NCBI GenBank assembly: GCA_019244185.1
Contig: JAFATB010000006.1
Span: 256,001-320,000, forward strand
DNA length: 64,000 nt
Source: Acidobacteriota bacterium
GTDB lineage: Bacteria > Acidobacteriota > Thermoanaerobaculia > Gp7-AA8
Direction of reading: 5' to 3'
Shown here in pieces: positions 43,984 to 54,423 of this stretch. The first letter of the stretch is position 1; the number at the start of each line of letters is the position of its first letter. Under the pieces are notes generated by a model that saw only the letters and a list, made by a program, of their open reading frames with translations, was not told where the DNA came from and made no database searches. Position numbers and translations under genes: made by a program.

Positions 43984-46380
43984 ATGTCGCTACCGCCCGG
44001 CACGCGGCTCGGCCCTTACGAGATCGTTGCACCAATCGGCTCCGGCGGGATGGGCGACGTCTATCGCGCGCGCGACGTTCGCCTCGAACGCGACGTGGCC
44101 GTGAAGGTGCTGCCCGAGCGCGCCACGCGCGACGCCGACGCCCGCGCGCGCTTCGATCGCGAGGCGAAGTCCGTGGCCGCGCTTGCGCATCCGAACATCC
44201 TCGCCATCCACGACTACGGCTCCGCGGAGCGCGTCGCGTATCACGTCACCGAGCTCCTCGAGGGCGAGACGCTGCGCCAACGCCTCACCGAGGGCGCGCT
44301 CCCGTGGCGGAAGACGATCGAGATCGGCGCCGCGATCGCCGACGGCCTCGCCGCCGCGCACGCGAAAGGGATCATCCATCGCGACCTCAAGCCGGACAAC
44401 ATCTTCCTCACCAGCGACGGCCGCGTGAAGATCCTCGACTTCGGCATCGCGGAGCTCGTGCGCGACGAGCCGAAGACCGACGAGATCGATCCGGCGCTGC
44501 TGCCGACCGCGCCGCTGAAAACCGATCCGCACGCGGTGATGGGCACCGCCGGCTACATGTCGCCCGAGCAACTCCGCGGCGAAGCCGTCGACGCGACGAC
44601 CGACATCTTCGCCCTCGGCTGCCTGCTCTTCGAGATGGCCACCGGACGCGCGGCGTTCATCCGCGGCACGGTGATCGACTCGCTCTCCGCGATCCTCAGC
44701 GAGACGCCCGACGTCTTCGACGCCTCGCAGCGGATGATTCCGTTCGAGCTCGCGCGCGTCATCCAGCGCTGTCTCGAGAAGCGGCGCAGCGAGCGCTTTC
44801 AATCCGCGCGCGATCTCGCGTTCGCGTTGCGCGCGATCGGGACGTCGCCGGTTTCGTTCGAGGCGCCGGAAGCGAAACGCAAACGCGTGCGGCGCTCGAT
44901 CGCCGCCGTCGCCGCGCTGGTCATCCTCGCGACGATCGGCTCGTTCGTCGCCGCGCGCCGCACGCGTCTCGAGCCGCCGCCGCACGCCGCGGCCGCGCGT
45001 CCCATACGCGCGCTGGCGATCCTGCCGTTCGTCAACGCGACCGGCGACCGCGACGCGGAGTATCTCTCCGACGGTATCAGCGAGACGCTCATCAACACGC
45101 TCGCGCAGGTGCCGGGGCTGCGCGTGATGTCGCGCACGTCCGTGTTCACGTACAAGGGCACCAACGTCGATCCGCGCCGCATCGGACGCGAGCTGCGCGT
45201 CGGCGCGGTCGTCGTCGGACGCATCGAGGCGCGCGGCGACGAGCTCACCATCGGCGCGGAGCTCATCGACACGAGCGACAACTCGCTGATCTGGGGCAAC
45301 CGTTACCAGGCCGCGCACGCCGACCTCCTCGGCGTGCAGCAGTCGATCGCATCCGAGATCGCGCGCATGCTGCGCATCGAGCTCACCGGCCGCGAACAGC
45401 AGCTCCTCGCCAAACGCCACACCACCGATCCGCGCGCGTACGAGCTCTATCTCAAAGGCCGCTTCCAGTGGAACAAGCGCAGCGCCGAGGGCCTGTACAA
45501 AGCCATCGAGCTATTCAACCAGGCCATCGAGATCGATCCGCAATACGCGCTCGCGTACGCGGGACTGGCCGACTGCTACAACCTCCTCGACATCTGGGCC
45601 GGACTGCCGACGAAGGAGACGTTTCCGAACGCGAAGGCCGCAGCGCAGAAAGCGCTGGCCATCGACGATCAGCTCGCGGAGGCGCACACCTCGCTCGCCT
45701 ACGCGATCCACACGTACGAATGGGACTGGCCCGCGGCGGAGCGCGAGTACCGGCGCGCGATTCAGCTCAACCCGAATTACGCGACCGCGCATCAGTGGTA
45801 CGCGGAGTTCCTCAGCGCGAACGGGCGCTTCGACGAAGCGGAACGCGAGGGGCGTCGCGCGCTCGCGCTCGATCCGATGTCGCCGATCATCAACGCGGTG
45901 GTCTGCTTCAACGAGATGATGGCGCGCCGCTACGATGCCGCCATCGCCCAGGGCCGCCGTACGACACAACTATTTCCATCGTTCATGCCGGGCCACGCCT
46001 ACCTCGGCCTCGCCTATCTCGAAAGCGGCAACGCCGCCGGCGCGATCAGCGAGCTCGAACAGGCGCAGAAGCTCCTCGACATCACCGTCATCCGCACGTG
46101 GCTCATCCGCGCGCAGCTCGCCGCGGGCGACCGCGCGCGCGCCGAGGCGATGACGCGCGAGCTCGAGGAACGAGGGCGCCGCGAATACCTGCCGCCGTAT
46201 TACCTCGCCGCGCTCTACGCGCACCTCGGCGATCCCGACCGCGCCTTCCGCGAGCTCGATCGCGCGCTCGCGGAGCGGACCGGCGCGCTCGTGTGGACGC
46301 GCGTCGATCCGGCGCTCGATCCGCTGCGGGCGGATGCGCGGTTCGCGCGGCTCATCGCAGGAATGCGTACGAAACCTTGA
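43984..46380 (+). CDS. Ser/Thr protein kinase with TolB-like and TPR domains
   Basis: GSGGMGDVY, HRDLKPDN, DFG, GTAGYMSPEQ, a TM helix, LAILPFVN...YLSDG and TPR repeats (AIEIDPQYALAYAGLA). Confidence 0.93.
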   Translation: MSLPPGTRLGPYEIVAPIGSGGMGDVYRARDVRLERDVAVKVLPERATRDADARARFDREAKSVAALAHPNILAIHDYGSAERVAYHVTELLEGETLRQRLTEGALPWRKTIEIGAAIADGLAAAHAKGIIHRDLKPDNIFLTSDGRVKILDFGIAELVRDEPKTDEIDPALLPTAPLKTDPHAVMGTAGYMSPEQLRGEAVDATTDIFALGCLLFEMATGRAAFIRGTVIDSLSAILSETPDVFDASQRMIPFELARVIQRCLEKRRSERFQSARDLAFALRAIGTSPVSFEAPEAKRKRVRRSIAAVAALVILATIGSFVAARRTRLEPPPHAAAARPIRALAILPFVNATGDRDAEYLSDGISETLINTLAQVPGLRVMSRTSVFTYKGTNVDPRRIGRELRVGAVVVGRIEARGDELTIGAELIDTSDNSLIWGNRYQAAHADLLGVQQSIASEIARMLRIELTGREQQLLAKRHTTDPRAYELYLKGRFQWNKRSAEGLYKAIELFNQAIEIDPQYALAYAGLADCYNLLDIWAGLPTKETFPNAKAAAQKALAIDDQLAEAHTSLAYAIHTYEWDWPAAEREYRRAIQLNPNYATAHQWYAEFLSANGRFDEAEREGRRALALDPMSPIINAVVCFNEMMARRYDAAIAQGRRTTQLFPSFMPGHAYLGLAYLESGNAAGAISELEQAQKLLDITVIRTWLIRAQLAAGDRARAEAMTRELEERGRREYLPPYYLAALYAHLGDPDRAFRELDRALAERTGALVWTRVDPALDPLRADARFARLIAGMRTKP

Positions 46381-48598
46381 AGAAGAACGAGCGATCGAGC
46401 GGCAGCAGCCTTTGATTGTTGTTGTTGAGATCCGCGGTCAGCGTGCGGTCGTCGCCGTAGCCGACGAAGAGCACCGTCTGCCAGTTCAGCTTGTAGCTGT
46501 ACAGCACCGAGCCGAGGAACGAGCCGCCAAAGTCGGAGACGGGATCGGTCTTCACGTACTGGCCGATCACGCGCACGAGCGACTTGTTGGAGAAGCTGTA
46601 CTGCGCGCGGATGCGCTCGATGGTTGACGTGTAGAGGCGCGTGCTGGAGACGTCGAGCCATTCGCGCGCGGCGTTGAACTGCAGGTCGAGGCGATCGTAC
46701 GGTCGCACGGTCGCGCTCGCGGTGATCGACGTGCCGTCGCCGACGCGCGCGCCGGCGAAGTCGATCTGCTGTCCCTGCCGCACCTCGAGCGAGACGCGCG
46801 GCAGCCGTCGCGACGGATCGATCTGCACGACGTAGTCGCCGTAGGTCTGCCCCAGTTCCCGATTGCCGACCAGCACCTTCTCGTTCGGCCGGAACAGCGC
46901 GCTGATGGTGAGGTTCTTCACGCCAAACGCGAAAAAGCCGAGCGACGCCTGCTGGAAGAGCGTGTTGCCGTCGTGGTCCGTCTGGCGGTCGACGAGGAGG
47001 CTCGGCCGGATGTAGCGGAGCATGCTGTGCTCGGGATAGAAGCGGAGACCGACGACGCCGAGGAGCTCGCGGTAGCCGACCTGCGGAATGAAGCCGAGGT
47101 CCGCGCGGAAGTCGTCGCCGAGATCGCTCGCGGACACGCTCCAGTCGTACTTGCGCTGCTGATGATTCCAGCTCGACGTGAACGCGTACGACTGCTGCGA
47201 CCCGCCGTTCGTTGCGGGCGAAGCGCTGCCCAGCGCATTCTCGGTGTCAGAGTAGAGGAACTGCGCGGTGAGCGAATCGGTCTGCGTCGGACGCCACTGG
47301 AAGTCGGGGCCGAGGACGCGATTGTGGCCGCCGCCGCTGATCTCGCGGTCGGTCAGCACGGCGCCGACGTACGACGAGCCGAGGCTGTGCCGCACGCGGC
47401 CGATCGTCGCATACGAGCGGAAGTCTTCCGGCGCGAAGCTCGAGCCCTGAGGTCCCGGCAGGATCACCACGCCGCCGCCGCGATCCTCCGTCACGAGCAG
47501 CGTGTACGCGGTATCTCCGCTCTTGCCCGTCGCGCGCACACCGGCGCGCGGCGAGTTGATCGTGCGCGTGTAGGCGACCTGCATCGGCGTGTCGAAGAGG
47601 TCGAAGCCCTCGAGGAAGAACGGCCGCTTCTCGGGGAAGAACACGGCGAAGCGGCGATTGACGGTGATCTGCGCGACGTCCGCCTCGATCTGCGAGAAGT
47701 CGGGGTTGAGCGTGAGGTCGAGCGTGTTGTTCGCGGTCGGGTTCCACTTCACGTCGAGACCGGCGTCGGTGTCGATGTCGTCGCTGTGCAGCGGCGAGCC
47801 GAGGCCGTCGCGCGGTTCGGAGAGCCGGCCCGCGGTGACGTACGGCGCGGCCACGAAGTGTCCCGCCTCCGGCAAGCCGGTGAGGCCGGTCAGCGGATGC
47901 ATGTGGCACACGAGGCAGTTCGAGCCGCGCGCGATCGGCGCGCTGTGGAACGCGTAGCGGAAGTCGCGCGGATAGTTGCGCCAGATGAGGATGTTCCACG
48001 TCTGCGGATCGGCGCTGCCGTAGCGCAGCGACGTGAACGGGATGCGGTACTCCGCGCTCCAGCCTTTCTCGTCGATCTTCGCCGCGGTGTCGTAGAAGAA
48101 GTCGGGCGAGAAGTCTTCGTTGCCGTTCGCGTCGTTGAAGATGCCGTCGGCCTGAATGCCGCGCGGATTCACGCGCAGCTCCATCGCCGTGCGCTTGTCG
48201 TTGCGCGTGTCGAGGAAGACGGCGATGTTGTCGTCGGTGCCGATGACGGCGTCGCGGTCGACGTACGGCGCGCGGATCTTCTTCGGATCGGGATCGTCGC
48301 AACGGACGCCGATGTAGAAGTAGCGGCTGTCGTACGTCACGTACGCGACGGTCCGCACTTTCGGCTCGTTGTTGTCGCCGGGCGAAGTCTCGTAGAACTT
48401 GTCGATGACGGTGGCGTTCTGCCAGCCGGAGTCATTGAGCTCGCCGTCGAGCTGAATCGCGCCCGTGGTCTTCGCCACGCCCACGGGACCCGGTCCCTGC
48501 GGCTCCGGCGCGTCCGCCGCAAACACGCATGTCGACCATCCGATCGACAAACCCATCACAAAAAGAGCGCCGAGGCTCCATCTCCGCATCGCCACCAT
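46352..48598 (-). CDS. DUF5916 / CBM9-like secreted or outer-membrane protein
   Basis: IQLDGELND..W, AEYRIPFTSLRY, DLTLNPDFSQIEAD and FPEKRPFFLEG; C-terminal FFFKVSYAF. Confidence 0.85.
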   Translation of the reverse strand: MVAMRRWSLGALFVMGLSIGWSTCVFAADAPEPQGPGPVGVAKTTGAIQLDGELNDSGWQNATVIDKFYETSPGDNNEPKVRTVAYVTYDSRYFYIGVRCDDPDPKKIRAPYVDRDAVIGTDDNIAVFLDTRNDKRTAMELRVNPRGIQADGIFNDANGNEDFSPDFFYDTAAKIDEKGWSAEYRIPFTSLRYGSADPQTWNILIWRNYPRDFRYAFHSAPIARGSNCLVCHMHPLTGLTGLPEAGHFVAAPYVTAGRLSEPRDGLGSPLHSDDIDTDAGLDVKWNPTANNTLDLTLNPDFSQIEADVAQITVNRRFAVFFPEKRPFFLEGFDLFDTPMQVAYTRTINSPRAGVRATGKSGDTAYTLLVTEDRGGGVVILPGPQGSSFAPEDFRSYATIGRVRHSLGSSYVGAVLTDREISGGGHNRVLGPDFQWRPTQTDSLTAQFLYSDTENALGSASPATNGGSQQSYAFTSSWNHQQRKYDWSVSASDLGDDFRADLGFIPQVGYRELLGVVGLRFYPEHSMLRYIRPSLLVDRQTDHDGNTLFQQASLGFFAFGVKNLTISALFRPNEKVLVGNRELGQTYGDYVVQIDPSRRLPRVSLEVRQGQQIDFAGARVGDGTSITASATVRPYDRLDLQFNAAREWLDVSSTRLYTSTIERIRAQYSFSNKSLVRVIGQYVKTDPVSDFGGSFLGSVLYSYKLNWQTVLFVGYGDDRTLTADLNNNNQRLLPLDRSFFFKVSYAFLR

Positions 48599-48741
48599 CC
48601 TCCGTTACGAAGATTTACGTAGACATCGCGGAAAGAGTTGCAGCGGCGTTGAAAAAAAGTTGCCCGCGGATCCGCATGCCGCATTGGACGCCGCGACGCT
48701 GCGTCGGTTAGCGACGCGAGACGATACGCGGCGCGCGCGCG

Positions 48742-49677
48742 TTACCGCACGACGCCGCGGAAGTAATCGATCGTCTTCTGCAGTCCCTCTTCGAGCGGCA
48801 CCTGCGGCTCCCAGCCGAGGAGCTGCCGCGCCTTCGTGATGTCCGGACGCCGGATCTTCGGATCGTCTTCCGGCAGCGGACGGAACTCGATCGGCGCATC
48901 GGTGCCGGTGAGGCGCTTGATCTCCTGCGCAAACTGCAGCACGGTCATCTCGGACGGGTTGCCGATGTTCGTCGGCAGCGGCTCGTCGGACATCAGCAGT
49001 CGATAGATGCCTTCGACGAGATCGGAGACGTAGCAGAACGAACGCGTCTGCGAGCCGTCGCCGAACACCGTCAGCGGCTCGTTTCTGAGCGACTGCGAGA
49101 TGAACGCGGGGACGACGCGGCCGTCCTCGACGCGCATGCGCGGACCGTACGTGTTGAAGATGCGCACGATGCGCGTCTGCACGCCATGGAAGCGCTGATA
49201 CGCCATGGTCATCGCTTCCGCGAAGCGCTTGGCCTCGTCGTACACGCCGCGCGGGCCGACCGGGTTGACGTTTCCCCAGTAATCCTCTTTCTGCGGGTGA
49301 ATGAGCGGGTCGCCGTACACTTCCGACGTCGACGCGAGCAGGTACCGCGCGCCTTTGTCCTTCGCCACGCCGAGGGTCTTGTGCGTGCCGAGCGAGCCGA
49401 CCTTCAGCGTCTGGATCGGCTTCTCGAGATAGTCGATCGGACTGGCCGGCGAGGCGAAGTGCAGGACGTAGTCGAGCGGGCCGTCGATGTGGATGTAATT
49501 CGTGACGTCCTGCTTGATGAACGTGAAGCCGTCGTGCCCGAACAAATGCTTGATGTTCGCCGGGTTGCCGGTGAGGAAGTTGTCCATGCAGACGACTTCG
49601 TGGCCGCGCGAGAGAAAGAGCTCGCACAGATGCGAGCCGAGGAAGCCGGCGCCGCCGGTGATGAGCGCGCGCGGCAT
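48742..49677 (-). CDS. uxs: UDP-glucuronic acid decarboxylase (UDP-xylose synthase) family
   Basis: [45 protein letters not shown] and DDPK.RRPDI. Confidence 0.88.
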   Translation of the reverse strand: MPRALITGGAGFLGSHLCELFLSRGHEVVCMDNFLTGNPANIKHLFGHDGFTFIKQDVTNYIHIDGPLDYVLHFASPASPIDYLEKPIQTLKVGSLGTHKTLGVAKDKGARYLLASTSEVYGDPLIHPQKEDYWGNVNPVGPRGVYDEAKRFAEAMTMAYQRFHGVQTRIVRIFNTYGPRMRVEDGRVVPAFISQSLRNEPLTVFGDGSQTRSFCYVSDLVEGIYRLLMSDEPLPTNIGNPSEMTVLQFAQEIKRLTGTDAPIEFRPLPEDDPKIRRPDITKARQLLGWEPQVPLEEGLQKTIDYFRGVVR

Positions 49678-51002
49678 CAGCGGGTCCTCTTCCGGCGGTC
49701 GTCGACGCGGCCGACGGAGGTGTACTTGAAGCCGAGTCCGGCCATGCGGAAGGGCTCGTAGACGTTGCGCAGGTCGACGATCGACGGCTGCCGCAACGCC
49801 TTGCGGATGCGCTCGAAGTTCAGCGCGCGGAACTCGTTCCATTCCGTCGCCAGCACGAGCAAATCCGCGCCGTCGGCGGTCGCATACGCATCCTCGCAGT
49901 AGACGATGTCGTTGAAGATCTTCTTTGCGTTGTCCATCGCCTGCGGGTCGTACACGCGCAGCGTCGCGCCGCGCTTCTGCAGTCCCTGAATGATCGGAAT
50001 TGTCGGCGAGTCGCGCATGTCGTCCGTCTCCGGCTTGAACGCGAGACCGAGCATGGCCACGGTCTTTCCTTCGACTTCGCCGTCGAGCGCCGCGACGATC
50101 TTGTCGATCATGCGCAGCTTGACCGCATCATTGACGCGCAACACGGCTTCCATGATCTGAAAGTCGTAGTCGTGCCGCCGCGCGATGTCCGCCAGCGCGG
50201 AGGTGTCTTTCGGAAAGCACGAGCCGCCGAAGCCCGGTCCCGCCTGCAGGAACTTCGGTCCGATGCGCGTGTCGAGTCCCATGCCGATGGCGACGTCGTG
50301 CACGTTCGCCCCGACTTTCTCGCACAACGCGGCGATCTCGTTGATGAAGGTGATCTTCGTCGCGAGAAATCCGTTGGCCGCGTACTTGATGAGCTCCGAC
50401 GATTCGACGTTCGTCACGACGAAGGGGATCTCGAGCGAATGCAGCGGCGCGTAGACCTCTTTCATGAGCTCCGCCGCCTCATCGCTCGACGCGCCGATGA
50501 CGACGCGGTCCGGCCGCATGAAGTCTTCGATGGCCGAGCCTTCGCGCAGGAACTCGGGATTCGAGACGATCGACGCTTTGTGCCCGGTGCCGTGCGATTC
50601 GATGATCTGTTCGATCATGTGGCCCGTCCCGATCGGCACGGTCGACTTGGTGATGACGAGCTTCGGGCCGTTCATGTGCTGCGCGATCGAATGCGCGACT
50701 TCTTCGACATAGCGCAGATCGGCCGAGCCGTCCGGCTTCGGCGGCGTGCCGACGGCGATGAAGATCGCCCGCGCCGCGCGGATCGCTTCCGAGAGATCCG
50801 TCGTGAATCGCAGCCGCCCCTCGCTCACGTTCTTGCTGACGAGGGTGTCGAGTCCCGGTTCGTAAATGGGGATGATGCCGTTCTTCAGCGCCTCGATCTT
50901 TTTGACGTCGACGTCGACGCAGATGACGTCGTTGCCAAAGTCCGAAAGACCGGCGCCGGTGACGAGGCCAACATACCCCGTGCCGATGACCGCTATGTCC
51001 AC
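49677..51002 (-). CDS. ugd: UDP-glucose 6-dehydrogenase
   Basis: [36 protein letters not shown] and GLAFKP.TDD.R. Confidence 0.95.
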   Translation of the reverse strand: MDIAVIGTGYVGLVTGAGLSDFGNDVICVDVDVKKIEALKNGIIPIYEPGLDTLVSKNVSEGRLRFTTDLSEAIRAARAIFIAVGTPPKPDGSADLRYVEEVAHSIAQHMNGPKLVITKSTVPIGTGHMIEQIIESHGTGHKASIVSNPEFLREGSAIEDFMRPDRVVIGASSDEAAELMKEVYAPLHSLEIPFVVTNVESSELIKYAANGFLATKITFINEIAALCEKVGANVHDVAIGMGLDTRIGPKFLQAGPGFGGSCFPKDTSALADIARRHDYDFQIMEAVLRVNDAVKLRMIDKIVAALDGEVEGKTVAMLGLAFKPETDDMRDSPTIPIIQGLQKRGATLRVYDPQAMDNAKKIFNDIVYCEDAYATADGADLLVLATEWNEFRALNFERIRKALRQPSIVDLRNVYEPFRMAGLGFKYTSVGRVDDRRKRTR

Positions 51003-51076
51003 GTAAGGATCCTCCGCGGGAAAGTAGGTGCGCCTGACAAATCAATGCGCACCGGCCGCGCATCCTACAACATCGC

Positions 51077-51180
51077 TGCCAGTCGGCACGGCCGACTGCG
51101 CTTAAGGCATAGCCAAGCTGCACGTACGGCTTAAGCTCGATGTCGCGATGCCGCGGTTGGCGCCGGCGCAGCCGGCTGGC
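51077..51180. repeat. Diverged copy of the 24.6-kb hairpin element
   Basis: 51082-51131 matches 24596-24645 at 38/50 positions without gaps. GCCAGTCGGC and GCCGGCTGGC form a near-inverted pair at the ends. Confidence 0.6.
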
Positions 51181-51250
51181 GGGCCCGGCGGCACACGCGG
51201 CTGCTGCTCGATGTCGCGTTGCCGTGACGGCTCGTTCCGCGTCGCGCGAG

Positions 51251-52651
51251 CTATGGCCTGGTCGCCGGCGGTGCGACGGTGTCGGTGGCCGGCGGCGGCG
51301 TGGTGGTCGTCGTCGCCGGCGTCGTGGTGGACTCGGGCGCAGTCGTTGTCGCTGGCGCGATCGTCGTCGTGGGCGCAAGTGTTGTCGCGGGTGCGGGCGT
51401 GGTCGCGGGCGGCGGCGCGGGCGGCTCGACCGTCGGCGGCGCGGCGTTCGGCACCGGCGCTACATTCGGCGCGGGCGGCGGCGGCGCGACGGCCGGCGCC
51501 TGTTGCGCTTCCGTCGCACGGCGCTCGATGCCCGCCTGCTGGCGGTTGCGGATGAGCCAGCGCAGGAGCTTCGATTCGTTGATGCCGACGAGGATGTCGT
51601 TGATCGACTCGTAGATCGTCGGGTCGGTGATCAGTTTTCCGGCGCTGCCCTGGCCGTTGTTCACTTTCGCGACGACTTCGTTGAGCTGCCGCACGAGGAG
51701 CGTGAACTCGGAGAGCGCCTGGTCGCCGTAGGTCTTGTCGTTGATCAGGCGCGGGACGAGTCCCTGTCCCGTCTGCAGCGTGCCGGTGAAGGCGGCGAGG
51801 TTCGCGCTCGTCGTGCGCAGGTTGTCGACGAGGTCGTACACCCGCTTCTTCCCTTCGGGATCGTTGAGCAGCGCGGGGAGCGCGCCGTTGCCCGACTCGA
51901 AGCTCTTCTGCACGGTGCCGGTGATGCCGGCCAGCGACTGCGCGGCGCTGGCCAGCGACGCGGTCAGCTGCTCGCTGTAGGCGTCGTCGTAGATCAGTTT
52001 GCCGAGGACGCCGCGGCCGCTCTCCAGGTGCGTGAGCGCGGCGTTCGTTTTGTTGAGCGTCGTCAGGAACGTGTCGGTGATGCGCTGGCGCGTTTCGGGC
52101 GCGGTGGTGATCTCGCCGAGGAGACCTTCGCCGCGGTCGATGCGCGCGAGGATGTTTTTCAGCGAATACGAGATCTGCACGAAGTTGTCGACGAGGTCTT
52201 CGCCCGACGAGATGAGCGACTCGACGTCCGTCTGGCGCTGCGCCGGAATCTCGGACCCCGGCTCGAGCGACGGGAAACGCGGCGTGCCGGGGGTGACGTC
52301 GATGAAGCTGTCGCCGGTGAGGAGGCCGAGTTTCTTCAGGCGCACGCGCGAGTCGCCGCGCACGCGCTCGGCGTACTTGCGGTCGATCATCAGCAGGATC
52401 TCGACGCTCTTCTGCTTCGGATCCGACGGCAGCTTGATGTCGCGGATCACGCCGATGGTCACGCCCGACATCTTCACGGGGTTGCCCTCGGCGAGGCCGC
52501 TCACGTTCTCGAGCCGCACCTCGTACTCGTTCTTGCGCGCGAAGATCTTCTGCTCCGATCCGATGAAGAAGAGGAACAGCATCAGGATGACCAGCGAGGC
52601 TGAAACGAGCAGCCCCACGCGCACGGATTTATCTCTTGTCGTTTTCGCCAT
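51251..52651 (-). CDS. mlaD: MCE/MlaD family protein with a long helical domain and Pro/Thr-rich tail
   Basis: N-terminal TM, SGLAEGNPVKMSGVTIG, GLLTGDSFID and repeated G.G.LGKLI.D. Confidence 0.85.
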   Translation of the reverse strand: MAKTTRDKSVRVGLLVSASLVILMLFLFFIGSEQKIFARKNEYEVRLENVSGLAEGNPVKMSGVTIGVIRDIKLPSDPKQKSVEILLMIDRKYAERVRGDSRVRLKKLGLLTGDSFIDVTPGTPRFPSLEPGSEIPAQRQTDVESLISSGEDLVDNFVQISYSLKNILARIDRGEGLLGEITTAPETRQRITDTFLTTLNKTNAALTHLESGRGVLGKLIYDDAYSEQLTASLASAAQSLAGITGTVQKSFESGNGALPALLNDPEGKKRVYDLVDNLRTTSANLAAFTGTLQTGQGLVPRLINDKTYGDQALSEFTLLVRQLNEVVAKVNNGQGSAGKLITDPTIYESINDILVGINESKLLRWLIRNRQQAGIERRATEAQQAPAVAPPPPAPNVAPVPNAAPPTVEPPAPPPATTPAPATTLAPTTTIAPATTTAPESTTTPATTTTTPPPATDTVAPPATRP

Positions 52652-52656
52652 AAGGT

Positions 52657-53484
52657 CTACTTCGACGGCTGCGCTGCCACAACCGCGCTGGCCTTCAGGA
52701 ATTCTCGGAGTTTCGGATGATCGGAGTCGCGCGCCGCGTCCATGGTGCCGACCCATTCGAAGACGCCCTGGTTGAGGAACGCGATGCGGTCGCCGACGGA
52801 GAACGCGGACTGGATGTCGTGCGTGACGACGACCGAGGTCACACTGAGCTTCGTCTGCAGATCGACGATGAGCTCGTTGATCTTTTGCGAGGTGATCGGA
52901 TCGAGGCCCGTGGTCGGCTCGTCGTACAGGATCACCTGTGGATCGAGCACGATCGAGCGCGCGAGTCCCACGCGCTTGCGCATGCCGCCGGAGAGATCGA
53001 CCGGCATCAGGTGCTCGGTGTTCGGCAGGTGTACGAGCTCGAGCTTCTCGCGCACGGCGCGCGCGATCTCGTCCTCCGACATGTCGGTGTGCTCGCGCAG
53101 CGGGAACGCCACGTTCTCGAAGACGGTCATCGAGTCGAACAGCGCGCCGCTCTGGAAGAGCATCCCGAACTTCTTGCGCACGCGGTAGAGGTCTTCTTCC
53201 GGCAGATCAGTGATGTCTTCCTCTTCGACGAAGACGCGTCCCGAGTCCGGCGCCTCGAGGCCGAGCATGTGCCGCAGCGTGACGGACTTGCCGGTGCCGG
53301 AGCCGCCGAGGATCACCAGCACTTCACCGCGGTACACCTTCAGCGTCGCGCCGCGCAGCACGGCTTTCGGCCCGTATTTTTTGAAGACATCCTGAAACTC
53401 GACGAACGGCTCGCGCGGCTGGCGTCGCCGCTCGGGCGTCTGGCGCTCGGTGGCGCGGCGGTCCGTCGTGATCGACTCGGTCAT
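52657..53484 (-). CDS. mlaF: MlaF-type ABC ATP-binding protein
   Basis: GGSGTGKS, FQSGALFDSMTV, LSGGMRKRVGLAR and YDEPTTGLDP. Confidence 0.9.
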   Translation of the reverse strand: MTESITTDRRATERQTPERRRQPREPFVEFQDVFKKYGPKAVLRGATLKVYRGEVLVILGGSGTGKSVTLRHMLGLEAPDSGRVFVEEEDITDLPEEDLYRVRKKFGMLFQSGALFDSMTVFENVAFPLREHTDMSEDEIARAVREKLELVHLPNTEHLMPVDLSGGMRKRVGLARSIVLDPQVILYDEPTTGLDPITSQKINELIVDLQTKLSVTSVVVTHDIQSAFSVGDRIAFLNQGVFEWVGTMDAARDSDHPKLREFLKASAVVAAQPSK

Positions 53485-54305
53485 CAGAAGAGAAAGAGAA
53501 AAAGCTTCGTGAGAAAAAAGTCGGTGATCAAAACCGTGATCGCGCCGGTGACGACGGTCATCGTCGTGGCGCGGCCGACGCCGTCCGCGCCGCCCGTCGT
53601 GCGCAGGCCGTTGTAGCAGGCGATGAGTGAGACGCCGAAGCCGAAGAAGAAGGTCTTGCCGATGCCCGACGCGAGGTCGTTGTACTTCACGGTGGTGATG
53701 ACGCTGCGCATGTAGAAGTTCGCGGCGAGATGCAGGTTCGCCACGGCGATGAGCATGCCGCCGAGAATGCCGAGGGCGATCGAGATGACGGTCAGCAGCG
53801 GGAACATGATCGTCGTGGCGACGACGCGCGGCACGACCAACTTGCGCACGGGATTCGTCGCCAGCGCGCGCAGCGCGTCGATCTGCTCGGTCACTTTCAT
53901 CGTCCCGAGCTCCGCAGTCATGCCCGCGCCGACGCGGCCGCCGACCATCAGCGACATCAGCACCGGCGCGAGCTCGCGCACGAGCGAGAGCGAGACGACC
54001 ATGCCGATGAACAGCTTTCCGCCGAAGTCCGCGAGCGCGTACGCGGTCTGCAGCGCGAGCACCATGCCGACGAACGCGGACGTGATGATGACGATCGAGA
54101 TCGACCGCACGCCGACCTGCTCGAACTGCGCGATGAGCAGCGGCCGCTCGAGCGGACCGCGCCGCAGCTGCTGGATCGTCTGCATCGCGAGATCGGTGAT
54201 GCCGCCGACGTACTCGAACGCGTTGTCCGCGCGCTCGCGGACGCGCGTGAAAAAGCCGGGCGCTTCCGGCGCGGTCGAGTCATCGAGAATCGGTGCAGTG
54301 GTCAT
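53484..54305 (-). CDS. mlaE: MlaE-type ABC permease
   Basis: RELAPVL, AELGTMKVTEQIDAL and GGADGVGRATT. Confidence 0.92.
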   Translation of the reverse strand: MTTAPILDDSTAPEAPGFFTRVRERADNAFEYVGGITDLAMQTIQQLRRGPLERPLLIAQFEQVGVRSISIVIITSAFVGMVLALQTAYALADFGGKLFIGMVVSLSLVRELAPVLMSLMVGGRVGAGMTAELGTMKVTEQIDALRALATNPVRKLVVPRVVATTIMFPLLTVISIALGILGGMLIAVANLHLAANFYMRSVITTVKYNDLASGIGKTFFFGFGVSLIACYNGLRTTGGADGVGRATTMTVVTGAITVLITDFFLTKLFLFLF

Positions 54306-54423
54306 GCGTGTCGTTCAACGTCGAGCGAGGGAACTTTAATCACTCCACGCGAAATCCAGGGCGAACTATGCCATGCCAGCAACTTGCGCGCCGTCGCGGC
54401 AGAATCCGCTATCCGCGGCATGC

